A stretch of 63,933 nucleotides of DNA, the filler included, from Octopus bimaculoides (lineage: Eukaryota), in the NCBI RefSeq assembly GCF_001194135.2. It is 5 parts of 5 records of this genome, joined end to end, with 100 filler letters (N's around TTAATTAATTAA, not from the genome) between each part and the next. Parts side by side here need not be neighbours in the genome. Positions count along the whole stretch, not along the records: positions 25,349 to 43,255 come from NC_068991.1; 4 more parts are not named here. One strand, given 5' to 3'. This document shows positions 25,973 to 39,032 of the stretch, in pieces (the first letter of the stretch is position 1; each line of letters begins with the position of its first letter). The translations under genes and the position numbers were made by a program. The notes under the pieces are model-generated. The model searched no databases and had not been told where the DNA came from. It saw only the letters and a program-made list of their open reading frames with translations.

Positions 25973-26153
25973 AGAATTCGTACTTCAGTAGATGAAACAG
26001 GAAGTAGTGAATAACATACTCATTCCTGCTATAATAATTTACCTTTTATTTACTCTCTGCAAGTATTTAGTTTTCTCTGTTTTATATCGTTTTTATTTTT
26101 TGATAAACATTACCTATTAGCCCCAAGATTCCGATTTCGCTTCCACGCAGTGA

Positions 26154-26216
<63 letters not shown>

Positions 26217-26219
26217 TAA

Positions 26220-26412
26220 CATCGAACAAATACCTTAGGAATGAGAACCCAGGTTGGAAATTACCCCAAGAAACCTAATGAAGGCTGGAGGGTATATCAG
26301 CCGAAACGTTGTGTTAACAACAAGCAAGATGAGGACAAATATCCGTCAAATGTAAATAATGTAAATAATGTAAATAATGTACATAATTCCTCATCTCCTA
26401 AATATAGAACTG
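26220..26412 (+). mobile_element. PLE pLTR-like repeat with mutated type I hammerhead, adjacent to (AAT)n
   Basis: GAAAC CTAATGA A GGCTG..CAGCC GAAA CGT T GTGTT (26270-26315). The core has G5 changed to A. Follows (AAT)n at 26159-26214. Confidence 0.7.
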
Positions 26413-26559
26413 TGTAAACATTACCTAAACCTGAAGAGTTATGTCCGTTTTACGAGTCCACGAAACTTACAGTTACATGGAGCCGAATGAAACTATTATT
26501 AAATAATATATCTGATGAATTCTTTCGTCGTGAACGACAAATGAGGGTTCAGTAAAATA

Positions 26560-27060
26560 AAGAGGTAGTTATGTTCCATGGACACAAACGTGTCTCTGAA
26601 GGCTTGTTAATGCCTTGCAAACCTTTTGCCAAAGGGTTCAAGTTAAGGACTCAGCTTGCTCGAGTGCTTGTGGATCATTCATTATGTTTTCTCTGGGTGG
26701 ACTGTAAGGGCTGTCTTGATTCGCGCCACAAAACCGCAATGACAGGTAAGGTTTCTGTTTAGGGGAGCAACGTTTTGCCAGCGTACCTCCATGCTTGTAC
26801 GAAGTTTTTCCCCGAGGCTGGAGTCGACTTTGCTCAAATCCTAGAATTGGGGAGAAAAAGGACTGGCGCCAAATCCTGCATTCTGACGCTTTGTTCTGCC
26901 AGGAAGAAAAGGGGACATTTCATCGTTTCAGATTGTCTTTTAGCTTGTCTTTGAAGCACGAGAGTGGCCTTCCCACTGACCTTCCTGTTGCGTGGGAATT
27001 GGCCAAAGAGAGGTTGCTTCGGAATTCTGATATCACTCATACGTAACAGATGACCATACA
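26560..27060 (-). mobile_element. RTE-clade LINE ORF2 3' fragment
   Basis: GHLLRMSDIRIPKQPLFGQFP..KVSGK matches the RTE C-terminal motif GH..RM.D.R.PK.L.YG.L. Frameshifted. Confidence 0.7.
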
Positions 27061-28119
27061 TGCATACATATAGATAGTAAGAACAATCCAGTCTCATATG
27101 TGTCCTCCCATGGATATTGGGAGTAAATTTAGACCCTTACATATTTTTTTAACATGGAATATCTTATGTAGAGCTAAATCAGGAATTCTAAACCGTGTGA
27201 ATTATGTACGGTGGAAGGTTATAAGATTTGTTTCCCAAAATATAAGGTTCGCTAAATTGTCACCCAGATGGAATCAAATCATACATATATATCGAAACTG
27301 CTGACCACAATGCCACCACTGCTTGTCAACTGTTCTGATATGTTGTGTTTACATACATCTAACAACTAATAGACAACACCACCAGTTTAAACAATTTACA
27401 AACGTAAGTTTGGTTTTTTATATAATCTTTCATTTCATTATCTATAAGAAAATAGGCACCACTGATATCACATGTTGAATTACGAGCATTTACTATCTTT
27501 GGTAATATTATTTTCCGTTTAACATTTTACTTTCGTAAATTATTTGCCAAAAATGGTAATTTTCGTGTCTTAATGAGAATAAAATATATTATTGAAGTCC
27601 ATTCTTTCACATTTATACATACACAACTATGCTAATATTCAAACATACCAGAAGAGGTTTTTCTCCTCCTATCAGCTTTTAGAAATAAATTAATTGATTC
27701 ATTCATTTAATTATTCATAGGTCTGTTCATTAGCCAGGGTGTTTTATTTTTAAAGCAGATTTCATGACGATTTTGTTTTCTATCTTTTTTACTTGTCTTA
27801 TAAGAAAAAGAAAGAGAAAAAGAAAACTGGTTTTGTTGATATACATCAACTTATAACGACTCTGGTCCTAGATAAATGTTATTTAGTGAGTTTACTTGAC
27901 TATCATCATTTTTTTACTCACTAAAACCTGATACAATTGGTGAGAAAAGAATTCCGGCAATTGTTTTAAATAAATTGTTAAAATATATAAAAATAAATCA
28001 CTTTACAGTTTCCATTGTTTTAAAGCTTTCGTATTAACAGTGAATTTAAAACGGTATTTTGATTTCAAATTGAAAATTTATATAATCTATATGTAATATT
28101 TATCTAATGTGTGTTTATG

Positions 28120-28156
<37 letters not shown>

Positions 28157-28204
28157 GGAGAGCGAGAGAGACAGAGAGCGAGAGAGACAGAGAGCGAGAG
28201 AGAG

Positions 28205-28800
28205 TAGGGGATGGACAAAATAATGGAAACACCTAGCATAACAGCATCAAGATTTTGAAATATCTATAAAACCGTCAAAGGTATGTTTATTTTTATGTTT
28301 TTTTTTATTTATTATTAGTGTTGCTTAATATGTTCTAAAATTGATGATTCTTTTTGGATATCATCAGAAAAAGATAGTTTAAAATTCATTAAAATGACAG
28401 ATCTATCGAACTTTCAAAGAGGTCGAATTGTTGGTGCTCGTATGGCAGGCAATAGTGTAACGAAAACAGCCAAAATGTTTGGTGTATCAAGAAGTACTCT
28501 CGAAAGTAATGACAGTCTTAGAGAAAGAGGGAAAAACATCCTCGTCGAAACAAAACTCCGGAAGAAAACCAAAACTTTCAGATAGGGACCGTCGGACTCT
28601 TACACGAACTGTTAGAAAGGATCACAAAAGTACAGTTCCCAAAATTAGTGCAGAGCTTAATGACCACCTCGAGAACACAGTTTCCACAAAAACTGTTCAC
28701 CGGGAGCTGCACAAAACCGGATTTCAAGAGAGAGCTGCAATCATAAAACCACTACTTTCAAAAACAAATGTTGCAAAGGAGTAAAAACCTACAGAATAAA
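28205..28800 (+). mobile_element. Tc1 transposon 5' half
   Basis: End sequence (T/C)AGGGGATGGACAAAATAATGGAAACACC. MTDLSNFQRGRIVGARMAGNSVTKTAKMFGVSRST joins by frameshift to SKVMT..SGRKPKLSDRDRRTL..TVSTKTVHRELHKTG..KPLLS (paired-like bipartite HTH). Truncated before the DDE domain. Confidence 0.9.
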
Positions 28801-29335
28801 CGTCATATTTTTGCATAAATATTTCTGAATGATTCTTCGTGATTTTTTTCCTTATCTATTTCTTTGTATTTAATGAGAAATATTTCTTATAAATAGGTTA
28901 TGTTTTCAGAAAACACGAAAGAGTTAATAAGTGTTCTTAATTTTCTCAGTATAATTTTCTTTTTCTGCGCGAGAGCTACGCGCTTACAGAATTTCATATT
29001 AGTCACTAGATTAAATATTTCATATTAAAAAGTATCAATGTCTTTCATTTTCTTTTTCATCTTAATGAGAAAGGCGAGTTCTCGTTCTTGTTTTGTAGAG
29101 TTCTTTAGAGGCAGAGGTACTTTTACTATCGAAGAAGAAGCTCATCTGTAACATATCCTTTAGTACTTGTTCTGCTTTCTGCAGTAATCATCTTAGATAA
29201 TATTCCTTCGATGTGGTTGCTGTATATATTTTTTTTTCTGGAATAATCCAAGACGTATAGTTTCATATTTGTACTATACTACGTTAGAGAAGAAAGAAAA
29301 AAGAATAGTCGCCTATGAAGTGTGACGTGAATATT

Positions 29336-29549
29336 CTTTTCTACTCCAGGCACAAGGCTCGAAATTTTGGGGAAGCGGGCCAGTCTATTAGATCGACCTC
29401 AGTACGCAACAGGTACTTAATCTATCGACTCTGAAAGGAAGAAAGGCAAAGTCGACCTCGGCGGAATTTGAACCCAGAACGTAAAGACATACAATAGATC
29501 ACTAAGCTTTTCGCACGGCGTGCTAACGATTCTGCCAGCTCGCTGCTTT
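29336..29549 (-). mobile_element. SINE family A
   Basis: Reverse-complement match to family A. Degenerate 16-bp flanking repeat GTGTGACGTGAATATT / GTGTAATGCAAATATT. Confidence 0.9.
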
Positions 29550-30095
29550 AGTGTAATGCAAATATTAAGGAATTAAGATGCATTGGTCGGCAGGTGTAAA
29601 GCGAAATTCCTTCACTCAGCTGGAGTACTGTACTTGCTTTTTAGCCTTCATGATAAATGTNNNNNNNNNNNNNNNNNNNNNNNNNNNNNNNNNNNNNNNN
29701 NNNNNNNNNNNNNNNNNNNNNNNNNNNNNNNNNNNNNNNNNNNNNNNNNNNNNNNNNNNNNNNNNNNNNNNNNNNNNNNNNNNNNNNNNNNNNNNNNNNN
29801 NNNNNNNNNNNNNNNNNNNNNNNNNNNNNNNNNNNNNNNNNNNNNNNNNNNNNNNNNNNNNNNNNNNNNNNNNNNNNNNNNNNNNNNNNNNNNNNNNNNN
29901 NNNNNNNNNNNNNNNNNNNNNNNNNNNNNNNNNNNNNNNNNNNNNNNNNNNNNNNNNNNNNNNNNNNNNNNNNNNNNNNNNNNNNNNNNNNNNNNNNNNN
30001 NNNNNNNNNNNNNNNNNNNNNNNNNNNNNNNNNNNNNNNNNNNNNNNNNNNNNNNNNNNNNNNNNNNNNNNNNNNNNNNNNNNNNNNNNNNNNNN

Positions 30096-30204
30096 AAGAA
30101 GAAGAAGAAGAAGAAGAAGAAGAAGAAGAAGAAGAAGAAGAAGAAGAAGAAGAAGAAGAAGAAGAAGAAGAAGAAGAAGAAGAAGAAGAAGAAGAAGAAG
30201 AAGA
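30096..30204. repeat. (GAA)n repeat
   Basis: Directly visible. Source of the poly-K/E/R ORFs. Confidence 0.95.
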
Positions 30205-30971
30205 ATGAGGCGGACGAAGAGGAGTAAGAGGAGGAGAAAGGAAAGAAGGGCGAAAGAAAGAATACTAAGCGCCACGGTTTGTTAGTTTGTGAGTTCGTTC
30301 TATATTTCCTTCGCTCCGTCATCCCTTCTTTCCTTCTTCCATTCGTTTATTTTATTTCTGCCTACACTCCATGTGCCGACCTCAGTTCGCACTTTTAACG
30401 ACCGTTCTTCTTTCATGTCTAATTGATATATTGTTTCGTGCTAAGTAGCTATCTATCTATCCCTGATCCTTCGTTCTTCCCGCCTCTATGCCATTATTTA
30501 ATTGCATTTTCTCCAAAAATGAACGCAATAAATTCAAACTGAAATTTAACCGAATACAATTCGGAATATTCTATTGCAATTCTTTGATTTTCGAATTTCC
30601 GTTCTTCATTATGTTTTTATTGTTTTGTTTTGAAATCTATAATACGCGCTTTTTATATTTTTATTTTTCTGCCTCTTTTCACTCATTTTTCATTTTTCAT
30701 CTTTCGCTGGGTTTTTTTTTTTTTTTTGTGTTTGAATTTTAAATTATTCTGTATATTTATTTAACATTTTTGCATACTTTAAATTATATTTTGCTTTATA
30801 TTTGTTGGAATTTTTGACCTGTTTTTCTACAATTCTCCTGTTAGTTTGTTTATTTTATATCTGCTGATGTGTTAATATTGTTGCTGCTGTTGTTGCTGCT
30901 GCTGCTATTGTTGTTATTGTTGTTGTTGTTGTTGTTAACAAAGAAAATATCATTATTAGCATTATTGTTGA

Positions 30972-31190
30972 GATGGCGAGGTAGCAGAATCGTTAGCAAG
31001 CTGGGCAAACATTTCTTAGCGCCATTTCGTCTGCCGCTACACTCTGAGTTCAAATTCCGCCGAGGTCAACTTTACCTTTCATTCATTCGGGGTCGATGAA
31101 TTAAGTACCAGTTGAGTAGTGAGGTCGGTATAATCGACTTACTCCTCCCCCAAATTTCAGGGTTTTGTGCCTATGGTAGAAAGGGTTACT
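30972..31190 (+). mobile_element. SINE family A
   Basis: Boxes A and B, central block and tail all present. Confidence 0.85.
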
Positions 31191-31204
31191 AGCATTATTA
31201 TTAA

Positions 31205-31429
31205 GGCGGTGAGCTGGCAGAATCATTAGCACGCTGGACGAAATGCTTAGCATCATTTCATCAGCCGCAACGTTCTGAGTTCAAATTTCGCCGAGGTCGA
31301 CTTTGCCTTTTATCCTTTCGGGGGTCGATAAATTAAGTACCAGTTGCGTGCTGGAGTAGATCTAATCCACTGCTCCCTCCCCATCTCCCAAAATTGTGGG
31401 CCTTGTGCCTTGAGTAGAAAAGAGTATTA
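31205..31429 (+). mobile_element. SINE family A, tandem with the previous copy
   Basis: Boxes A and B, central block and tail all present. Confidence 0.85.
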
Positions 31430-32169
31430 AGGCATGAAAGCTAACAGGAAAAGCTGACCGTGGTGGGATTTGATCGCAAAATCTAACGGGTTATAACTTA
31501 ATGTTTACGTGTGCATATATGTGTATGGATGTCTGTGATCTGTTTGTGCTTATGTGTAGTTATGTGTATATGTCGGAGACAGAAATTCGGATAAAGAAAA
31601 GAGACGTTTTGGAAAATATGTGAGGATATATGATAGGGTTTTTTAAATGACATTCGAGAGTATCTGTGAGTCAATGTGCGAGTATAGGTGGAGAATAGTG
31701 AGTAGATGGATGAATGTGTGTATGCGTGTATGTGTGCGTGCACGTGTGCGAGTGATAAAGTGAAAGAGGGTGAATGAGAGAGAAGGAAAAGTGAGAAAGA
31801 AAGAAAGAAAGAAATGATAACTGAATCTCATTAAAGAACGATGACAAGAAAGGAAGGCAAGAATAAAATTAATAGCAAGGGACAAACCTTTAGGCAATTA
31901 ATTAATAACTAGGGAAATTAATACTAACTCCAGCTAATTTATTCGTGACTTTTGTCGGGTCTTTTTCTATCAATATAAGATTCCACTTGAAATTCAAAAC
32001 AAAAATTTCACAATAATTTCATTTATTAGTCCCTGAAACCCAAGTCGTTGGGGACGGTACAAGGAAAGAATATCAAAACAGCGAGAGTGGGGGCTTAGGT
32101 GAAATAAAAAAAAAACATTATATAACAATAATATATTAACAAGAAAATCTCCCCCAATAGAGGAGGAAT

Positions 32170-32480
32170 CCAATTAAGATTAATCAAAGATTACTCTGAC
32201 TGGCAAGAGTTTTTTCTGCCACTTTTAATCCCCGTTCTGGTATAACTAGGTGTGTACATGAGATTAGATACATTCAGACGTACCATTCTTGCAACACTTG
32301 CCCAGATCTCGGCAAATTTACTAGAGTGTAGTTCTTCTCTATCTGCTCTGAATGTATTCTACAACTGGAACTTCGAAAAGGTGGAGACAAAAATAACTCA
32401 CCTATGTACTTTCAGTTGTGTCTAATCTCCATATTCACCTCTGATGAAATCTGTTTGGCCTTCCTGATGAAAAAGTGCGG
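32170..32480 (-). mobile_element. L1/Tx1-like ORF2 3' end (degraded)
   Basis: Minus strand TFRADREELHSSKFAEIWASVARMVRLNVSNL resembles the R.ER..L....F..RW C-terminus of L1/Tx1 ORF2. Confidence 0.5.
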
Positions 32481-33336
32481 TGGAACGACCTTTGTGGCGG
32501 ACTTTGCATGTAGTCACCTACATCCTTATTTTATTATTATGCGCCCTTTTAAAGCCTAGCCAGCCTCATGGGCCCGGTTTCCCGGTTTCTATGGCGTATG
32601 TGCCCCCCCCCCCACCAACTGAACGGGACGCTAGTCCATCGCAGTGTTACTCAAGAAACAGGAAGAAAAAGTGAGAGAAAGTTGACAACCTCGGCGTATT
32701 TTCTATGTACCTGGAGATTCTACCAGAACCAAACATACAGCAACTTAGCAAAAACGTCTGTTCAGTGCCCCCATCACAGTGATCCGAAGCATGGATTTGC
32801 CTCTATACCTGCAAAACCAAATGCCCACTGTCTTTTCATTTAGCTTTGCTCTTGGTACGAGCTCGTTCCACTTTACAATTATTCCTTTCATCCTGATCTC
32901 GGTGGTGTCTGGCATCGTTATGGCAATTTGATCCGTACATACCAACACACTTGTAGTTTCTGTAATAGTGGTTCGTGATCTGGAAGATACACGGATGAAT
33001 ATTCTTGAGGGACTGAAAACATGGTTTCTAAACTGAGCACATGGTTTCAGAATAATGCTTTCCTATTAATAATATTGAATTGTAAAACAAAATTATGCAG
33101 CTTTCACTAACTTATATACATGGCAGATTAACATATAAATATTTATCAGAATAAACATTAAAATATTCCGATAGAAACACTTCTACAACACGCATTACAT
33201 AATTAAAACAAAATGCCTTCGTTTAAATTTTAAACACGCTACGTAAAATTATGTTGCTTCGGCCGTTTTATAATATATCAGTTTTAAAACCTTTAAAATA
33301 CACAGGATGAAGAAGAATTGCATCTACTCACAAACA

Positions 33337-33500
33337 GATGTGGGTATGGCTAAATTGTTAAGAAATTTCATTAGCAATTATGTAGTCTTGGATTCAAACC
33401 CACTCTGCGCTGAGATTGAAGCCAAAGACATACCCGTAAAGGTTTTCAGGCGGACAACGTGAATTTGGTAGATGGAAGCGGTACGGAAGCTCATCATATA
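33337..33500 (+). mobile_element. CORE-type SINE (family B), degraded
   Basis: tRNA-like head (GGATTCAAACCC) and tail GAATTTGGTAGATGGAAGC..GAAGCTC. Related to 59592-59741. Confidence 0.45.
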
Positions 33501-33790
33501 CGTGATCTGATCAATAAGTATCCGGGCTGTTGTCATAGTAACGAAGCTAAAGCACGCAGAATGAAGCCACTTGGTAGAGATCGACCTTGAACTCTTATGT
33601 GCATGCGTACTAAGTTTTAACGTTCTAGCTCACTTCGGCTGTTTACAGTAGTGCCTGGAAGGAAGGTGCATAACGTCTGACCGTCGCATTCACCATGACA
33701 GAGAAAGTTGCGCAAAGGATCTGCATCTAATTTTCTCAAAGGTTTGGCGATACCTGCTCAGTGACATACGCAAAGTTTTCCAAAAGTTTT
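33501..33790 (+). mobile_element. Mariner 5' fragment
   Basis: TA-CGTGATCTGATCAATAAGTATCCGG end and MTEKVAQRICI*FSQRFGDTCS. Same family as 8436-8970. Confidence 0.8.
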
Positions 33791-33794
33791 CACC

Positions 33795-34280
33795 GTTCTC
33801 GAAACAATCAAGATCTTGTACAACTGAAGCGCTACTCTCTCCAGCACCGCCCCGAGCGGCACATCATTTGTACGATGTGAAGAATATACCGCCAGCATTG
33901 CCCAAAACTACCTGAATATTAGCTTCATGTTTAATCCAAGACTGGGACTACGGGCCATACGTCCCCTGCCCAATTCAGGATCACAACATATAGGTACACT
34001 GCAACACAATTTCTTTCCCACAACAGGCCCTGCCCTGTTTAACATTGTCCCAAAACTGATCAAAGAGGAAAAGGATCCCATCACATTTGAACGGAGTCTG
34101 GAAAAATTTCTTCAAGGAATACCAGATAAGCCATCCATACCTGGATACAACTCACTCAACGAGAACTCACTACTTGAATGGACCGTGATACCACAAAACT
34201 TGACTTTAAAAGGATTTAGATAATCCTATCATGTGGTGCTATTAAGTTAGACATGGCCTGGACGAATCTTTGGTCGAAAC
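33795..34280 (+). mobile_element. CR1-group LINE 3' end
   Basis: YSLQHR..RHII..TGPALFNIVPK..FERSLEKFLQGIPDKPSIPGY..NENSLLEW, followed by a short 3' UTR with a GGCC..GGTCGAAAC stem. Confidence 0.75.
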
Positions 34281-34779
34281 ATATCTACGTTTATCTAAGT
34301 TTACATATATGTGTATATATATATATATATACTGGAACGAACACGACACAATGAAGTAGAGAAATTTGAAAAGACAACACGAAANNNNNNNNNNTATATA
34401 TATATATATATATACTCGCATTGCTAGATGCATATATTCACAAGAATGCGAACAAAACATACATGTGCGCGCACCTACACATACATATACACATACCTAT
34501 ATATATGCTCATATATATATATACACACACACAAGCATACACATGCACATACCAATATATATTCATATGTATATACATGCATACACATACACATAAATAT
34601 AATATGACACACTTTTCATGCATTGCAGGAGAACAATTTTTTAACCATTCATATTTCAAAGTGACTAATTTATTTCACTAAGATTGGCACTTTCATAGTT
34701 TATGGTAGACAAACTGTACGACTATACGTTTTCCTAGTCTTTAAAGACAATTAATCGTTTCTTTGTTTTAGTTCTCTTT

Positions 34780-34826
<47 letters not shown>

Positions 34827-35677
34827 NNNNNNNNNNNNNNNNNNNNNNNNNNNNNNNNNNNNNNNNNNNNNNNNNNNNNNNNNNNNNNNNNNNNNNNNNN
34901 NNNNNNNNNNNNNNNNNNNNNNNNNNNNNNNNNNNNNNNNNNNNNNNNNNNNNNNNNNNNNNNNNNNNNNNNNNNNNNNNNNNNNNNNNNNNNNNNNNNN
35001 NNNNNNNNNNNNNNNNNNNNNNNNNNNNNNNNNNNNNNNNNNNNNNNNNNNNNNNNNNNNNNNNNNNNNNNNNNNNNNNNNNNNNNNNNNNNNNNNNNNN
35101 NNNNNNNNNNNNNNNNNNNNNNNNNNNNNNNNNNNNNNNNNNNNNNNNNNNNNNNNNNNNNNNNNNNNNNNNNNNNNNNNNNNNNNNNNNNNNNNNNNNN
35201 NNNNNNNNNNNNNNNNNNNNNNNNNNNNNNNNNNNNNNNNNNNNNNNNNNNNNNNNNNNNNNNNNNNNNNNNNNNNNNNNNNNNNNNNNNNNNNNNNNNN
35301 NNNNNNNNNNNNNNNNNNNNNNNNNNNNNNNNNNNNNNNNNNNNNNNNNNNNNNNNNNNNNNNNNNNNNNNNNNNNNNNNNNNNNNNNNNNNNNNNNNNN
35401 NNNNNNNNNNNNNNNNNNNNNNNNNNNNNNNNNNNNNNNNNNNNNNNNNNNNNNNNNNNNNNNNNNNNNNNNNNNNNNNNNNNNNNNNNNNNNNNNNNNN
35501 NNNNNNNNNNNNNNNNNNNNNNNNNNNNNNNNNNNNNNNNNNNNNNNNNNNNNNNNNNNNNNNNNNNNNNNNNNNNNNNNNNNNNNNNNNNNNNNNNNNN
35601 NNNNNNNNNNNNNNNNNNNNNNNNNNNNNNNNNNNNNNNNNNNNNNNNNNNNNNNNNNNNNNNNNNNNNNNNNNNNN

Positions 35678-35712
<35 letters not shown>

Positions 35713-36224
35713 AAATTGGAAGGAGACATGCACATAAGCGAGTCAACGAGATAACGCATGGCAATGGACGGAATCTCAAACGCTTTATGAAGATTTATTT
35801 CTACGCGGTCGAAAGCGGAACTCTTCTGTTGGTAGAGGTACAATTAATGAGCAATTATCCGTGTAAACAGGCGACCATTGGTGTTGGGTTACATTCAGAG
35901 AATTCTGAAGTGATTATCTTCAACTTGCCATATTCCTAGACATCGCGACGACATAAACTACGTACATTTTTTTCTTCTGTTTTTAACCCTCTGGAGTGGT
36001 AGGGAGCGCAACTTCCCTACCGCCTCCAGTCCCTGATATGGGAATACGATTCTGGAAAACGCATAAAGATGTCAAACAAGGTATCGAGAAAAGATAACGA
36101 AAGAATTAAGGTTGAATATTTGAATGTTAAATATATAATAAACGCATAGATGCATACACACACGTATATAGTTTGGCCTATCTGTCTACATACGCACACA
36201 CACGTGTACACATGCAATTATATA

Positions 36225-36266
<42 letters not shown>

Positions 36267-36492
36267 TACGTCTGTGTGTGTGTGTGTATTTGTATTTGTA
36301 TGTGTATACATGTACGTATGTATATATATATATATTTGTATGTATGTTTATGGGTCCACTGTCTAGTGTGTGCTATAGGTATGCAATTTTGTGTCTTTGT
36401 GTACATATATATATATATATATATACACATTTATTTACATATAAGTATGTTTGTCTATTTATCTGTCTATCTATTTATCTATCTATATATAT

Positions 36493-36545
<53 letters not shown>

Positions 36546-37203
36546 AGCAGTCAGGAAGAGAGAAAGAGAAAGTAGTCAAAGGAGTGTGTGATATATATAT
36601 TCGTATGTATGTATGCATATGTGTGTGTGTGTGTATATATGTATGTCTGTGAGTGTGAGAATACATATCGGTGTGTGGATTTTGTGTACATACACAACAT
36701 GCACACACACACATATACGTACATATATATGTGCGCACACGCGGTGTGTACGTACGAGTGTGTCTTATGTGTGTACATATATGTGTCTGCCAATGTATGT
36801 ATAAATATCCAAACACAATTATATGCGTATATAAGAAAAAAGACAACTTCTTTTCAAAAACTTTTATTTCTCATTTTTTCTTGCAAATTTTTCTTTCGTT
36901 TTCTACAAAATATATTCTTTTGTATTTCATAGTTTCTTTCTTGATCGGATAGTTTTATTTCTATGTCAGAATAAAGCGCAGTTTCAAGAAATATGAGCTG
37001 TATATGCAAACATGAAGTGAAATAAATATTCGTCAGACGATACAACTTCCTGTGGATGGAAGTTAGAAAGATGTTCAGAATAGTTACGCGGAATTAGAGA
37101 AGTCGAGAGGGCGAGTGTAGGGGGTTATCAGAAATTATATATCTCCATCTATGTTTGTATAAGTATGTATATCTACAAGCATATGTACGCATATATATAT
37201 ATG

Positions 37204-37238
<35 letters not shown>

Positions 37239-37298
37239 TTGTGTGTGTGTGTACATATATATATATATGCAGTTATAATATGCGTTTGCTCCATTATT

Positions 37299-37352
<54 letters not shown>

Positions 37353-38084
37353 AGTTATACTTATATATATATATATACATACATATATATGCGCACATAC
37401 ATATGTATACATGTAAACACATATTTACTTACATAAATGTATGCATCCATACATACATGCATACATACATGCATACATACATAATTACATACATACATAC
37501 ACACGCGCGCCGCACTCACACACATACCCAAACACACACAAGCGTACACAAACAAACACATTGTTTGAAAGGTCAATTGAAAAGATGTTAAGATGTATGT
37601 GGAGCTTTACTTTAAAATATCAAAATCAAAATGGTTGATACAAATACATACAATAGAGAGAAAGAGAAAGTGGCAACGAGAAACAAAGGAAGCGAGAGAG
37701 AGAAAGAGCGAGACAGACAGAGAGAGAAAGGGGGAAAGGAAGAGGTGGAGATTAGATGCGATGAAAGAGGAATGATAACAGATGAGAGATGCAAAAAATG
37801 CTGTGTGCTTGTCTTGAATGTTCAAGGAAAAAATAAACACAGAAAAGAATTTAAAGAAATTAATATCTAGTTTTGACACAAGGCTATTAATTCTAAGTGT
37901 TCGTGTATAAAGTTGTGTTATTGAAGAGCATCAAGAACATGGCGGTTATTAATAAATAGTTATGCCTTCCATCTAATGGCTGGATTTGAACGCAGAAGTA
38001 CGATTACGAAGCTCAGTGCTCGATGGTCAACACTGCAGAGTAGGTAATCTGGGCCTTTAGCATTGGCTGGTTGTTTGATTGGCA

Positions 38085-38270
38085 CTCCGTCGGTTACGAC
38101 GACGAGGGTTTCCTGTTGATCCGATCAACGGAACAGCTTGCTCGTGAAATTAACGTGCAAGTGGCTGAGCACTCCACAGACACGTGTAGCCTTAACGTAG
38201 TTCTCGGGGGAGATTCAGCGTGACACAGAGTGTGACAAGGCTGACCCTTTGAATTACAGGCAGAACAGAA
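38085..38270. mobile_element. SINE tail fragment (family C)
   Basis: GTGACACAGAGTGTGACAAGGCTGACCCTTT recurs in reverse complement at about 58240-58305. Confidence 0.55.
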
Positions 38271-38290
38271 ANNNNNNNNNNTATATATAT

Positions 38291-38334
<44 letters not shown>

Positions 38335-38745
38335 CATATACATACATACATACATACATACATACATACATACATACATACATACATGTACATATACGAC
38401 AGGCTACGGCCACTTATATACGTTAATACAATCGTTGATCAAACAACTAGAACTTTTATTCGTGAAAATCGATGAGAAGGAACCCCGCCAATATTTAAAT
38501 GTGTCAAATACAACCAGCGACAGATCTTCACGCGACGTCTCAACCTGATGCTAAATCTCATTAATATTCATCACTGCAAGGGCACGACGTACAATGAGAT
38601 CTTACGTGGCTTTGTAAATCTGTAAGTCATACCTGGCTGACTGGCGGTTTGGGCCGACTATCTGTGTAACACGAACCTGTTCCGTCAAAGGTGACGTTGG
38701 ACCTCTCACGAAGAACGGATCGATCAGATTGTTATCAATCTAACG

Positions 38746-39032
38746 CAGGGGTTTTCAAACTGTGGTCCGTGGACCGCAGGGGGTCCGCAAGGACAAGACA
38801 GGGGGTCCGTGGACAGCAAATACGTTTTATGGGCAATTTGATTTTATATATGTTTTTTAATCGAAATCTTTTAATTGACAATAAACCTATTTTGTTAAAT
38901 ACAGTTAAATAAATAAATGTAAAAATATATATTATTTTAAGCAAATATTTATGTATAAATTTCATAAGCGTTTATAAGGGTAAAGCCTGAAATATAAAGG
39001 GGTCTGCACGTCAAAATGTTTGAAAACCCCTG
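38746..39032. mobile_element. hAT (Charlie-like) MITE, 287 bp
   Basis: Perfect 15-bp TIRs CAGGGGTTTTCAAAC / GTTTGAAAACCCCTG. 8-bp TSD ATCTAACG / ACCTAACG (7/8). Confidence 0.92.

Noticed and set aside
34783-34826. Long poly-T as a retrocopy tail
   Set aside because: It abuts an N gap, so no associated body or TSD can be verified.
35720-35939. Open frame MKIYFYAVESGTLLLVEVQL.., faintly like an adaptin appendage
   Set aside because: Similarity limited to a few spaced residues. No splice support, and it follows a gap and (GA)n.
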